This document shows positions 47,465-57,492 of a DNA stretch of 64,000 nt, piece by piece (positions within the stretch are counted from its first letter, which is position 1; each line of letters begins with the position of its first letter). Origin of the DNA: a virus; the UHGV virus genome UHGV-0101699; one strand, given 5' to 3'. Both the position numbers and the translations under genes were made by a program. The notes under the pieces were generated by a model. The model was not told the DNA's origin and searched no databases. It saw nothing but the letters and a program-made list of their open reading frames with translations.

Positions 47465-47837
47465 AAATTTGCATCAGCTGCTCTTTGGCGTCGGGGTCTG
47501 CCTTATCCATATGCGGACGGTAGACTTTATCAGTAACGACTGGCCTTCCAATCCTGAGTTGCAACCCCTCCATGAACGCCTTAACGCCATCGCCATCCGC
47601 TTGGGCGACGCGGGCGACCTGCAGATTGCGGACATCCTCTTCCGCTCGCAGACGATCGATATTGCGGCTGAGCATCCAGAACATGGTCAACGGGACACTC
47701 AGTAGCTCTATTGGCGATACGGCGTAGTGAGCAACTACACGACTGAAATAGAATCCGAGATCTATCGAAACGGTCTTTACCCCGGATTCATCGCGGGATA
47801 TTACTTTGCCCCTTCGCCAGCCGCTTTTTCGTTCTCT
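47451..47837 (-). CDS. T: T-frame segment of tail assembly chaperone GT (-1 frame overlapping 3' end of G, open from 47837 to 47451)
   Basis: -1 frame is open across last 12 codons of G and continues to 47451; no canonical XXXYYYZ heptamer found (candidate GAAAAAG at 47824-47830). Confidence 0.5.
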   Translation of the reverse strand, partial: RERKSGWRRGKVISRDESGVKTVSIDLGFYFSRVVAHYAVSPIELLSVPLTMFWMLSRNIDRLRAEEDVRNLQVARVAQADGDGVKAFMEGLQLRIGRPVVTDKVYRPHMDKADPDAKEQLMQIFGRG

Positions 47838-48118
47838 TCATCAATCACTTCCATGGCGAAGGTGAAGATCTGCTGGAGTTGCTGGACAGTCAGTTTCTCC
47901 AGAACGGAGTCAGGTACTGACGGAATGACTTTGCGTACCAGTTCTGCGTAGGCAGTTACCTGGTCGACGGGAGACATATTCATGAGGTCTTTGTCTTCCA
48001 TCTGCTTGATAGAAACAAAGAGGCCGACGGTCATTTCAACGATGGGATATTCTTTGCCACCAAATTTGATGCTTTTTTTCGGCGGCAGAATGGAGTCGAG
48101 ATCGAGTAATTTGGTCAT
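47801..48118 (-). CDS. G: tail assembly chaperone G-like
   Basis: 105 aa acidic protein between V and H homologues. Confidence 0.65.
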   Translation of the reverse strand: MTKLLDLDSILPPKKSIKFGGKEYPIVEMTVGLFVSIKQMEDKDLMNMSPVDQVTAYAELVRKVIPSVPDSVLEKLTVQQLQQIFTFAMEVIDEENEKAAGEGAK

Positions 48119-48179
48119 GGTTTAAATCCTTTTAAACTCATACAGAGGCCCATCCATGGGCCTCTTTGGTTATCACAAT

Positions 48180-48926
48180 TTAGCTTGCGGCAGTTACAGA
48201 GACGGCTTTGGTCGCCTTCTTGGCGCCGTCATTAGTTGTGAAGGTGATATTGGCTGAACCGACAGCTTTACCAGTTACCAGTCCGTTCTGATCTACGGTC
48301 GCTTTATCAGTCGCATCAGAGCTCCACACGCCAGTCTTATTGGTTGCATCGGCCGGGGTAAAGGTTGCGCTCAACTGAACTTTAGCGCCCACTTTTACGG
48401 TCGGTGAAGACGGGGTCAGCGTGACGCTCTCAACCGGCTTTGGGAGGCTCATTTTCCCCAACACGCCAGCGTCGTCCGGGTAAGCGGAAAACTCAACTGA
48501 GAACACGCGAACGTCGTCAGACTGGTAGGTCATGGTGAAGTTACCCGCGGTTGCTGCTTTAGGGATGGTCAGAACATAATCCGTCGCATCCTGCGGGGTC
48601 AGCACCAACTCTTTCGCAACGTCGATCAGGTTCACACCCTGCGCAGACGTGATGGTTACGGTATCTTCGCCAGAACTCAGCGTGGAACCTGGCATCAGAT
48701 CGACCATGTTTTTCAACACGGATTCAGCCAGCGGCGCAGTAATGGTGATATTGCGGCCCTGGATCAGCTCGGAGATCGTGGTCTGGCCCAGCTGGTCTAC
48801 GGTCACTTTCAGCGTTTCGGTTGCGATTTCAACCTGAACACCGCCTTTGGTGTAACCCAGATCCACGCCACCAAACGACACCTTGCAGGCGCCAAGCTTG
48901 ATGTTTTTAACATGGGTATTGGACAT
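48180..48926 (-). CDS. V: major tail protein V-like with C-terminal Ig-like (Big_2) domain
   Basis: 248 aa; C-terminal VTLTPSSPTVKVGAKVQLSATFTPADATNKTGVWSSDATDKATVDQNGLVTGKAVGSANITFT. Confidence 0.8.
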   Translation of the reverse strand: MSNTHVKNIKLGACKVSFGGVDLGYTKGGVQVEIATETLKVTVDQLGQTTISELIQGRNITITAPLAESVLKNMVDLMPGSTLSSGEDTVTITSAQGVNLIDVAKELVLTPQDATDYVLTIPKAATAGNFTMTYQSDDVRVFSVEFSAYPDDAGVLGKMSLPKPVESVTLTPSSPTVKVGAKVQLSATFTPADATNKTGVWSSDATDKATVDQNGLVTGKAVGSANITFTTNDGAKKATKAVSVTAAS

Positions 48927-48976
48927 TATTGGAAAACTCCTTTTTCCGTTAAAACAGTGTCATTCCGACACACAAT

Positions 48977-48994
48977 AGTAAGTATATACTTACT
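48977..48994. promoter_or_regulatory. TAAGTA-family palindrome AGTAAGTATATACTTACT
   Basis: 18-bp perfect palindrome between U stop and V start. Confidence 0.5.
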
Positions 48995-49386
48995 TATTTA
49001 TTCAGTTCAATAAAGTACCCGGCAAATTCAAGTGGAATCCCCGTTTCAATAAGCGATCCGTCATTTATTGGATACGTTATTGGCATCGCCATCGGCCTAA
49101 CCATTTTGAAGAATACCCCGTCAGACTCAACGTTGCTAACAGGAAGGATATCCATGATTTTGTTGGCCATTTCAACAGATTTTGTGATACTCGCATTGCG
49201 AACTACTATCGTGAATGAGTCGAAGTAAAAACCCTGCAAATCCGGGTCGATGGTTATGCCTGTATTGGGATTAATCAGCAAAATGCCAGACTTAACTTTT
49301 GCTGGCATATAGTGACAGAAAATGTCCGTCCCTACTTTTCCAAGCCCATTTTTCTGTATCAATTTTGCGAATGCTTCTACAAACAT
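48994..49386 (-). CDS. U: tail terminator U-like
   Basis: ORF 48994..49473; internal start MFVEAF at 49386 gives 131 aa (lambda U size) abutting upstream stop. Confidence 0.5.
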   Translation of the reverse strand: MFVEAFAKLIQKNGLGKVGTDIFCHYMPAKVKSGILLINPNTGITIDPDLQGFYFDSFTIVVRNASITKSVEMANKIMDILPVSNVESDGVFFKMVRPMAMPITYPINDGSLIETGIPLEFAGYFIELNK

Positions 49387-49387
49387 G

Positions 49388-49861
49388 TCAACCTCGCGTA
49401 AATCCTGCTTTTCTGGCGGCTTCCATGATCGTTTGCGAAAATTGCTTTTCGCTGATCTGAGTCGCTCGCTCAAGGAAATATGGGCCCACTTTAGGCTTCA
49501 CGCCGGCGACAGGAGGGTTGGTAACATTCTTCATACGAGACAAATAACCAAGACGGTACTTACCAAGCTCCATGTATTTGGCATAGTCCCCCACCTCAAC
49601 GCCTGGATGCCCTTCTCGCTGCTTTGCGCCTGAAACGGAAAGCTCAATACGAAGCCCCGCGTATCCTTCTTTTACAACCCGCGCAAAAATGGCGCTCTCA
49701 AGCGATCCGGTTTCAAGCGGGGCCATGGCTCGTGCCAGTCGTTCAACCAGACGCGCCAGCTTTTCCATGTCCCTGATTAGATATCGCTTGAACGCTTTCT
49801 GGCTGTTATTAAGTCTGGCGCCGGCACGCTTAAACTGGTGTGCGTCATATTTCAAACCCAT
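49388..49861 (-). CDS. tail completion protein (Z / HK97 gp10-like), candidate
   Basis: position and size (157 aa). Confidence 0.45.
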   Translation of the reverse strand: MGLKYDAHQFKRAGARLNNSQKAFKRYLIRDMEKLARLVERLARAMAPLETGSLESAIFARVVKEGYAGLRIELSVSGAKQREGHPGVEVGDYAKYMELGKYRLGYLSRMKNVTNPPVAGVKPKVGPYFLERATQISEKQFSQTIMEAARKAGFTRG

Positions 49862-50310
49862 ATATTCGCCCCCAACTCAAGATGCCCAGGGCGGCCTCGT
49901 AGTCCCCATCGCCGATGTACGCTTGAGACCTTCAGCTTCTGTCCCTCCAGCACAAGAACGTCGTCGAGTTGAACAGCGGCTTCAAGTGGAGCAATAAGTA
50001 CTGCGTCAAACAATTCCAGAGCCGCCTTTCCGCGGCTTCCAGAGCTATCTGCCCTGACGGACGATTTTTCATTGCTCTGTTCAAATTTAACGACGCCTAC
50101 TTTCGTCTTCCTGACGAACTGCAATTGCGCTTCACCGTAGACGTTTTTGGAACCAAACCGGTAGATCGACAATTCGGCTTGCCACGAAATATTCATCCAC
50201 TCTCCTTGTGTGAAGTCGTCGCACTCATTACCAGGCGGAGGCGCGGTTTCCCGTCTTTGGCCTGTCGACCAGAAGTAAAGAGCACGACGTGTGTTACGCA
50301 CGACGAACAA
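49852..50310 (-). CDS. head-tail joining protein, candidate
   Basis: position; 152 aa. Confidence 0.4.
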   Translation of the reverse strand: MFVVRNTRRALYFWSTGQRRETAPPPGNECDDFTQGEWMNISWQAELSIYRFGSKNVYGEAQLQFVRKTKVGVVKFEQSNEKSSVRADSSGSRGKAALELFDAVLIAPLEAAVQLDDVLVLEGQKLKVSSVHRRWGLRGRPGHLELGANIWV

Positions 50311-51130
50311 TCATCCGATTGTTGATGTAACTAATAAGCAATCGCCAGGTGCTGCGGGCCACACGGACATTCGCCACTTTGCTTGTGCGGTACATATTGG
50401 TTGTTTCACCGATCGATTCAGACAAAATGCCGTCTTCTCGCGCACTCGCAATATCGTTGCCATTGGCGATCTCGCATGCCTCATTAACGGTGGCCAGAAG
50501 CAGCGCCTCTTTAAAGTAGTCTGGCAAATCCGCAAACTGCTCCGAAGTGATCCGCTCCCAGTCCACCAAATCCTGCCGATACACGCCGTCAGCCCCCCAG
50601 GGAATGTCATAGACATTCAGCATGTTTTGGGGACGGTCATACCGGTCGAAATCGATGCGCATGATCCTCCGGATAGAGAAAGGTAAGGTTTTGATTCGCC
50701 GTGTCGCTTCGATTAGCCGCTTGCGCATCAAACCCTCTCCATCAGCCAGCAATGTATCTCCATTGATCATATCAATGGCCTGCATTTGAGCATCGGCTAC
50801 GGTGGCAAACGACTGACCCGGGACGGATAGTTCAAAGCTATTAAGCAGCACATACATCTGCCGCTCTTCGTGGGTTAGCCCACCCGCTGTGGCCTTCACG
50901 ATGACGTAGCGCAGATCACGCTCTTTTTCGACCAGCTGGTTATGCTCTGCTGAGATCACAACCGGTATAGACATTTGGCCTTCTGCAATATCGAGAGGCT
51001 CTTCATCCACAAGTGTGGTACCTGCACTATCTCGCACAGTGTAAGAGGCGGAATCGATATCCAGTACGTTAAAGGCGAAGGTCAGAGACACGATGTCTCC
51101 GCTACGAAACGTGTCGATCAGAGCCATCAC
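50294..51130 (-). CDS. hypothetical structural protein (278 aa)
   Basis: ORF in head-tail region. Confidence 0.4.
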   Translation of the reverse strand: MMALIDTFRSGDIVSLTFAFNVLDIDSASYTVRDSAGTTLVDEEPLDIAEGQMSIPVVISAEHNQLVEKERDLRYVIVKATAGGLTHEERQMYVLLNSFELSVPGQSFATVADAQMQAIDMINGDTLLADGEGLMRKRLIEATRRIKTLPFSIRRIMRIDFDRYDRPQNMLNVYDIPWGADGVYRQDLVDWERITSEQFADLPDYFKEALLLATVNEACEIANGNDIASAREDGILSESIGETTNMYRTSKVANVRVARSTWRLLISYINNRMIVRRA

Positions 51131-51594
51131 TCACCGCCTTGTGCTTTCAGGATGCCCTCAATCATTTCAACAATGCCCTTCGCTTTCACGCCAAGCGTGT
51201 TGCCGATCTGGCGCAGGCCGGCGATACCTTCACAGTCAGCAATGGACTCCAGCTCTTCTCGGGTGAAGCGCTGCACATGTTTTGTCTCCTCCTTCGCGAC
51301 GCCACGTTTCATAGGGACAATATCAGGGGCCGTAGGCTCCACAATCTGATCGGCCACCAGCTCGTTACGATTGCTGAAGGCAGCTGATGGAGAGACATTT
51401 TGCCCATCAATCGTTTCGGCACGCATTGAGGCGCAGATCCGCTGTTGATCGAGGAATGGCAGCTCTGCTACGGAAATGCCGTCTTTAAAGTAAACGCCGC
51501 ACAGGATGCCCGTGTATCCAAGGAACTGAGGTTCCAGAAGATGAATTTTTGCTGGTTTCATGAGTTTTCCTCTGAACAGGGTGGCCAGAGCCAC
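51127..51594 (-). CDS. hypothetical structural protein (155 aa)
   Basis: ORF. Confidence 0.4.
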   Translation of the reverse strand: MALATLFRGKLMKPAKIHLLEPQFLGYTGILCGVYFKDGISVAELPFLDQQRICASMRAETIDGQNVSPSAAFSNRNELVADQIVEPTAPDIVPMKRGVAKEETKHVQRFTREELESIADCEGIAGLRQIGNTLGVKAKGIVEMIEGILKAQGGE

Positions 51595-51608
51595 CCCTTG
51601 TTACTGAA

Positions 51609-52037
51609 TCAGGCTGCAGCTGCTGTAACTTGAACAGTTGCGGTAGCTTTATGGCTGCCGTCTGCGGTCGTGACTTCAATTGTTGCAGTCCCTTCTGCAA
51701 CGCCGGTCACGAGACCAGTAGCCGCGTCAACCGTTGCAAATTCAGCATTTTTCGACGCCCAGGTAACTTTCTTGTTGGTAGCACCAGCAGGCGCCACGGT
51801 AGCCGTGAGTTGAACCGTTTTTTTCACCTCCACCGATGCCGACTTAGGACTTACCGACACACCAGTAACAGCGACAGTGGGCTCCATCGGAACCGCTCGC
51901 ATAGCTGCGGTGATACGGTTCTGCATGCGCTCGTTTACTGGATGATCGGACACCGATTTAGTGAAAGAAGTACGGAACATAACCCCCGTAAAGTCGGTGA
52001 AGGCCTTTTCAGTGATCTTCACTTTTTTTTCTGACAT
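51609..52037 (-). CDS. Ig-like (Big_2) domain protein, probable capsid decoration
   Basis: 142 aa; VTGVSVSPKSASVEVKKTVQLTATVAPAGATNKKVTWASKNAEFATVDAATGLVTGVAEGTATIEVT. Confidence 0.65.
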   Translation of the reverse strand: MSEKKVKITEKAFTDFTGVMFRTSFTKSVSDHPVNERMQNRITAAMRAVPMEPTVAVTGVSVSPKSASVEVKKTVQLTATVAPAGATNKKVTWASKNAEFATVDAATGLVTGVAEGTATIEVTTADGSHKATATVQVTAAAA

Positions 52038-52083
52038 ATATCGCTCCTATAAAAAGGGCGGGCGTATAGCCCACCCATTTAAA

Positions 52084-52111
52084 AATAATAGGTAAGTACT
52101 TACCTATTATT
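52084..52111. promoter_or_regulatory. 28-bp perfect palindrome AATAATAGGTAAGTACTTACCTATTATT (TAAGTA family)
   Basis: verified base by base; between capsid stop and decoration gene start. Confidence 0.7.
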
Positions 52112-52115
52112 AGGA

Positions 52116-52994
52116 TTAAATTTTGACGTTAGTCAGCGCCGCGATAGCTTTGTCGTGCTTATTGGCCAGAGAGCAGTACCACTTCACACGAGTACGTACT
52201 GCGTCTTTGTTCTGAACGGTGCCAATGTTTTCCACAACGATACCGGCGTTTTCGCCGCCGTACAGACCAGTTACACCGTTTTCTTCAGAAAGGTGCAGAC
52301 AGTAGATATCCGCTTTGGTGGAGTCCGCAACCGGAATGAAGTCGTTTACGATAAACGGAACGCCGTTATGGCACAGCATTGGTCGACCGAAGTTTTCCAT
52401 CATGATTTCGGACGGGCCTACGTTTACGGTTCGCAGCAGCGCACGATATGCGCGAAGATGCTCAGAACGCATCATGATGCAGTCTGCGCCCAGATCTTTA
52501 ACTGCGTCGACCAGTTCGTCGAACATAGAGAAAGTCATGGATGCGCCGGAGATGTCGATCTTCTGATCGTCATGCATCAGCTTCGGAATACCGTCGAAGG
52601 CTTTGTTGTTAGTGGTGGAGTCGCCAACAATCAGATTGCGACGGAAGGCACGAGCCAGACCTTTGACTTTCTGACGAACCTGGATAGCCAGCTGGTTGTT
52701 GGTATCAGCCATAGTGGTAGCCAGGAATTTGTCGACGTCAACGTCGCCAGCCAGAATGCGCAGCTTCGCAACTTTCTCTTCGAAGGTTGCTGCACCTTCG
52801 GTGATGGTGTCGTTCACATCAATGAAAGTAGCTTCGCTCAGGGTTTTTTCGCGGTTATAAAGATATGCCTTCGAATTGATCTTCATGAAAGGCAGGACGG
52901 CAAACAGGTCGTCACGATCGATAATGGTCTCGATCACGCCCTGTTCAAGCTCGTTATTAGACAGCTTTTCAGCTTCTTCACGCAGTAATGGCAT
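52116..52994 (-). CDS. major capsid protein, candidate
   Basis: 292 aa; position after portal and scaffold. Confidence 0.55.
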   Translation of the reverse strand: MPLLREEAEKLSNNELEQGVIETIIDRDDLFAVLPFMKINSKAYLYNREKTLSEATFIDVNDTITEGAATFEEKVAKLRILAGDVDVDKFLATTMADTNNQLAIQVRQKVKGLARAFRRNLIVGDSTTNNKAFDGIPKLMHDDQKIDISGASMTFSMFDELVDAVKDLGADCIMMRSEHLRAYRALLRTVNVGPSEIMMENFGRPMLCHNGVPFIVNDFIPVADSTKADIYCLHLSEENGVTGLYGGENAGIVVENIGTVQNKDAVRTRVKWYCSLANKHDKAIAALTNVKI

Positions 52995-53020
52995 CTTTCA
53001 TTTCCCTATGATTTAAGATG

Positions 53021-53920
53021 TTACTTGATTCCGATTTTCCCTAAACCGGCAGTCAACTTATCCATTGTCGACTTGTTCTTCGGCTGGGTTACTTTGTGGG
53101 TCGGTTTACTAATTGAACCAGCACCCTGCTTAGCTTCGCTGCGCAATAAAGCGTCAGCTTCCGGATCTGCACGTAAAATACGCTCAATCGCGGATTCGAA
53201 CGGTAACGGCTTACCTTCGCCGTCAACCAGAACAGCACGCTCTTTCTGACCTGCCGGCTTGTCATAGCCAACGACGTTACCGTCTTCACCCACTTCGAAA
53301 TGAGAGCCGTAGATAACGCGGGCCTTAGCCGGAGTCATCAGAACTTTTTCACGCAGGAAATTGGAGCCAGAAAAGGACGCACCGACGGTCATTTCAACCA
53401 GCTGGGCTTTAAGTGCGGCGTTTTCGCTCTCCAGAGCGGAAAAACGTTCATCACGTTGAGCTATCTCTGCCTGGTGAGCTTCGATCATTTGCTTTTTCAC
53501 AGCATCGAATTCACCGCGGCGTTCCAGTTCAGCTTGCTCCGCCTCACGGCGTGCGTTTTCTGCGGCTTGCTCAGCTTCAAGAAGCTGGCGTGCTCGTGCC
53601 GGATCGATATCACCGTACTGAGCCAGCTGATCGGCCATGGCACGCTCTTTTTCCTTGCGTTTCATGTTCTCTTTCAGCAGGTCAGCACCGGCTTTCTTGG
53701 ATTTACGCAATTCAGCGAGCAACTCTTCCTGAGTCATCCCTCCGAATTCATCGTCTTCGATTTTCGGCTGATCTTTCTGCTCGCCGTTCTGCTTACCAGA
53801 TTCCTGGGTGCCCTGCTCTTCTGCACCAGCGGGAGCTCCAGCGCCTGCGCCACCACGTTCATGTGATTCGGCGACATCCATGAGGCCACGACGGGCCATA
53901 AGCATTTGCCACAGATTCAT
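53021..53920 (-). CDS. scaffolding protein
   Basis: 299 aa, charged coiled-coil (EELLAELRKSKKAGADLLKENMKRKEKERAMADQLAQ...), between portal and capsid. Confidence 0.65.
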   Translation of the reverse strand: MNLWQMLMARRGLMDVAESHERGGAGAGAPAGAEEQGTQESGKQNGEQKDQPKIEDDEFGGMTQEELLAELRKSKKAGADLLKENMKRKEKERAMADQLAQYGDIDPARARQLLEAEQAAENARREAEQAELERRGEFDAVKKQMIEAHQAEIAQRDERFSALESENAALKAQLVEMTVGASFSGSNFLREKVLMTPAKARVIYGSHFEVGEDGNVVGYDKPAGQKERAVLVDGEGKPLPFESAIERILRADPEADALLRSEAKQGAGSISKPTHKVTQPKNKSTMDKLTAGLGKIGIK

Positions 53921-53942
53921 AAAAATTCCTTTTAATTACTTA

Positions 53943-55517
53943 TCACTCGGTTGCTTGAGTTGATGAGTTCCCATTCCCTTGGGATAGATCTTGTCCGCTC
54001 TCTTGGACCGTATCACGATGATAAGTAAGTACTGACTTATTTTCAAGGGTGTTAAGAGCATTTTTTGGCGGAAAATTCAAGAGATCTTTCTCAAATTCTT
54101 TCTGCATCGCGGCCGAAATATTCGGGAAGATTTTCTCAATGAGCATTTCCATCTGATATCGACGCACAGAATCCGGTGCTTCCAGCAGCCCAAGTTTCTC
54201 GGCAACGGCAAATTCATCCGTCAGACCGCGGATATCAAAGCTCTCCGGATAGGCAATCAGCGAATGCTCCTCATCGAGATCGACCCCCATCCACTTCGCC
54301 GCCAAAAACATCATCTGGCGTTCAGCCCGCTCAAGACGCTCGGCTTTAGTAATAAGCAGACTATTAACCCGCTGAAAATCATATAACTTGGCGGCCCCGG
54401 ATGAATTATCGATCCCCTTAGCGTTATCCTGCTTTGTTCGCTCGCCAGCGACCCCAACGGAGTGGTAGATCTCATTAATCACGGTCTGGATAGTGGTGAT
54501 GATCATCTGAGCTTGCTTAGGGTCTGGCGACAAATAAAAAGGCTGGTTGCCACTTTCCGAGTCATAGGTGAAGACGCGTTTTGTCCCCATTTCCATTACC
54601 TTTGCGTGATTCTCATCGCCTGGCAGGAGCGACTGAACGGGAATGGCCAGTTGGCTGAACGTCTGATCCTGAATAATGGCGTCAAGGTTCGACAGATAGT
54701 TGGCTACTGCACGGTCAAGGTAGGCGATATCATCAATAAGCGACGGGCTAAAATACGGCGATTCGCTCTCCCCTATGCAATCAACAGGAAACACAGGTAC
54801 AACGCCAAGTTTGTGTTCGCCTTTATCTTCAAGCACAACTTTTGCGGTCCGACGACCGGCATTCCCGGCGCCTTTCTTAACCTCTTCCCGGAATAGATAC
54901 CACTCGTTACGTGTCCATAGACGATAACGCTGATATTCCTGGCCAGATGAGGTAAAAGGATCTTGATCATCGCGCGCCACTTCGACAATCAGCGCCCAGA
55001 TCAAATTGCCGTCATCGTCCCACGCCATATCCAACATCTGCTGCGGAGAAATCCAGTAGGCATAGGCGCGAACATCCTTCTTCTTCTCGTCAGCGACGGA
55101 TTCTGCGTCACTATCCATCGTGCTATCGACCACCACCCAGACACGGCCATAGATGGAGGACTGGAGGTCAAGCGCGGACATAAAGCCATCGATGGAAACA
55201 TTATGTCGTGTCGCGCGTTTCCAGAACTTCTGAATTGGCTCAGGCGCTTCTTCTACATTTCGATGGATGTCCTCTTTAAAGAGATATTTATTAATCAGGT
55301 TCACCACTTCCCTGGTGTGATTGAAGCGGTAGGCGCGTTCCAGACGCTCCTTGAACTCCTGATCACCTTCTTTGAAGTATCGGAAAATGTTGTCATCGAA
55401 CCAGGCACGCCCGCCAGCGTATGTGCTGGCGAGGAAATCCCAGTGCTCTTTTTTCTTTATGTATTCGGGGTGGCGTCTTGCCACAAGATCCTTAATTTGC
55501 TTATCAGTCAATTCCAT
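53943..55517 (-). CDS. portal protein
   Basis: ORF 53943..55532; second Met MELTDKQ at 55517 has GGAAGGA SD; size and position. Confidence 0.65.
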   Translation of the reverse strand: MELTDKQIKDLVARRHPEYIKKKEHWDFLASTYAGGRAWFDDNIFRYFKEGDQEFKERLERAYRFNHTREVVNLINKYLFKEDIHRNVEEAPEPIQKFWKRATRHNVSIDGFMSALDLQSSIYGRVWVVVDSTMDSDAESVADEKKKDVRAYAYWISPQQMLDMAWDDDGNLIWALIVEVARDDQDPFTSSGQEYQRYRLWTRNEWYLFREEVKKGAGNAGRRTAKVVLEDKGEHKLGVVPVFPVDCIGESESPYFSPSLIDDIAYLDRAVANYLSNLDAIIQDQTFSQLAIPVQSLLPGDENHAKVMEMGTKRVFTYDSESGNQPFYLSPDPKQAQMIITTIQTVINEIYHSVGVAGERTKQDNAKGIDNSSGAAKLYDFQRVNSLLITKAERLERAERQMMFLAAKWMGVDLDEEHSLIAYPESFDIRGLTDEFAVAEKLGLLEAPDSVRRYQMEMLIEKIFPNISAAMQKEFEKDLLNFPPKNALNTLENKSVLTYHRDTVQESGQDLSQGNGNSSTQATE

Positions 55518-55532
55518 TTGTTTTCCTTCCAT

Positions 55533-55554
55533 GATAGGTAAGTACTTACTTATC
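55533..55554. promoter_or_regulatory. TAAGTA-family palindrome GATAGGTAAGTACTTACTTATC (1 mismatch) overlapping terL stop, 5' of portal RBS
   Basis: read directly. Confidence 0.5.
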
Positions 55555-56806
55555 TTGAGCCACCAAGAATAACACGATTTTTTACGGGATACCTACGATG
55601 AACCGGGTAGCCCAAGGCATCCGCGCTGTGCTCAATCCCCCCGCTCTTATCCATATCGCGCGAGCCTGGTTTGTAGATAACTTTCTCCAGTGAATCGATG
55701 AGATGTTTGCACTTAGGGTCGATATACAAACGAGTTTCGCCAGAGGCGCTCATCAACATGCGGTTCACTGAGTTCACACGATCAGCAATCGGTGGGTGCT
55801 TTTTCGGATAATCAACACGCAGAAAGCCCTTCTCCTTGAAGATGTCGATGTCCGATTCCCCACGAGCGTGCTGACGATAGGCGCCGGCCGGGTCTGGGAA
55901 AATTGTGACCTGCGATTTCCACCGCCAGAAGCGACGCTCCAGCTCATCGCACACTTCTGCCGTATTCGACGAAAACAAGACAAGCTCATCCACAGCCCAC
56001 AGCTCCCCATTCGGTTGTGGCTGCAGGATGACCGACGACATTGGATCAATGTTGAAGTCCTGGCCTACCCACACCGGTAATTTAGGATTGAACTGCAGCG
56101 GCTTAACGTGAACGCTACGATCGAACGGGTAATACACGCGCCCTGACATGTTTTCGAAGCTGGCGAGGTACTCCTGAGCGAACGACTTAGGGTCCATATC
56201 GTTCTTGGCTGCCTCGATTTCTGCCGTCGGAACGAATGGTGAATCAGCGGTTACAAACTGCCAGCTTTTCCACTGACCTTTGCGCTGCAGCTCTTTGTTC
56301 TGCCCGATAGTCCATAGTTTATGGAATTCGGAGAACCCTTTCGGTGTACCGATGATCAGCGCGCCGCCGCGGGTGGATGACAATGTCGGACGGAGAACCT
56401 TGTACCAGGTGTCTGGCTTCATATCCTGGAACTCGTCGAGCACAACGAAATGCAGCGCAACACCACGAAGCGTATCCGGTTTATCCGCGCCTTTAAGCGC
56501 GATCTCCGAACCGTTTTTCAACACGATGGTCATCGTGGTGTCGTTCTTCTTCCGAATCCACTTACGCGGCAGAACCTCCTGCAGATCATCCCATAGAATC
56601 TGGCGCGCCATTTGGTAGGTCGGCGCGACGTACCAAACTCGTTGTTTTCTTTCCTTAGCGGCAGCGCGAATGATGGTTGAGATCGACAGCCTCGATTTAC
56701 CCCAACGTCGTCCGGCGCACACCACTTTGAAACGATGTGGCGACTGGAAGACTTGCATCTGCCCGGAATGCAGCTGTACGAGACTTAGAGACGACGGGAT
56801 GGACAT
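55550..56806 (-). CDS. terL: terminase large subunit
   Basis: Walker A VVCAGRRWGKSR, Walker B VVLDEF; C-terminal nuclease-like region. Confidence 0.8.
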   Translation of the reverse strand: MSIPSSLSLVQLHSGQMQVFQSPHRFKVVCAGRRWGKSRLSISTIIRAAAKERKQRVWYVAPTYQMARQILWDDLQEVLPRKWIRKKNDTTMTIVLKNGSEIALKGADKPDTLRGVALHFVVLDEFQDMKPDTWYKVLRPTLSSTRGGALIIGTPKGFSEFHKLWTIGQNKELQRKGQWKSWQFVTADSPFVPTAEIEAAKNDMDPKSFAQEYLASFENMSGRVYYPFDRSVHVKPLQFNPKLPVWVGQDFNIDPMSSVILQPQPNGELWAVDELVLFSSNTAEVCDELERRFWRWKSQVTIFPDPAGAYRQHARGESDIDIFKEKGFLRVDYPKKHPPIADRVNSVNRMLMSASGETRLYIDPKCKHLIDSLEKVIYKPGSRDMDKSGGIEHSADALGYPVHRRYPVKNRVILGGSR

Positions 56807-56808
56807 GG

Positions 56809-57450
56809 TTATGCATCTCCATCATCGTCTTCGCCCGATGCGTCAAAATCGCTCTCAGCTTCGCTCAGCGCTTCTTCTTCGAGTGATTCCAACAGATCGT
56901 CATCAATCACTTCGGGCTCATCATCTTCCTTGCGCAGCTGGGCCACCTGTGATGGGGTTAGCTCGCCAAAGACAAGGTTCGGAATATCCTCTTCACCGCC
57001 TTCTTCTTTCTCCATGCCCAATGCCTTGGAGGAAATTTCGAAGCATTTGGCCAGCGTGCCGCTGGCGCGCTGCAGGCTTTTAAGATCGTCCTCAATCGAG
57101 GCCAGTGGCTTACCTTCGCGCTTTGCTGTAGTGACCTCGACCATCACCATCTGACCAAGGGCATACGCCCAGCCGTCATAGCGTGTCCGGCGGTCTTCTA
57201 TCTTTTCGGCTCGGGCTTTAGCGCGCAGTTCTGCATCGGACTTGAGAGACTCGCGCACCATCTTCCCAACAGAATCAGCGCCTTTCTCTAATCCACGCTT
57301 TTTGAAGTGTCTGGAGAGCGTTTCACGACGGATGCCGTACTCTTCTTCCAGTTTTGAGAGCGTATACTCGCCCGAAGTCCATTTCGCTTCGGCTTCCGCC
57401 CATTCAGCCGGAGTCAGGCGAGTTTTGCTCTCGTCTTTTTCGACAGTCAT
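56809..57450 (-). CDS. terS: terminase small subunit (N-terminal HTH, acidic C-terminus)
   Basis: ORF 56809..57498; MTVEKDESK start at 57450 has AGAGGG SD; HTH YTLSKLEEEYGIRRETLSRHFKKRG. Confidence 0.6.
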   Translation of the reverse strand: MTVEKDESKTRLTPAEWAEAEAKWTSGEYTLSKLEEEYGIRRETLSRHFKKRGLEKGADSVGKMVRESLKSDAELRAKARAEKIEDRRTRYDGWAYALGQMVMVEVTTAKREGKPLASIEDDLKSLQRASGTLAKCFEISSKALGMEKEEGGEEDIPNLVFGELTPSQVAQLRKEDDEPEVIDDDLLESLEEEALSEAESDFDASGEDDDGDA

Positions 57451-57492
57451 AGATCCCTCTAAAACACACACAGAGCGCTTCCTTGCGCTCTT

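Noticed and set aside
47801-47840. Canonical -1 slippery heptamer for G-T
   Set aside because: I searched the overlap codon by codon and found no in-register XXXYYYZ. Reported as non-canonical instead.
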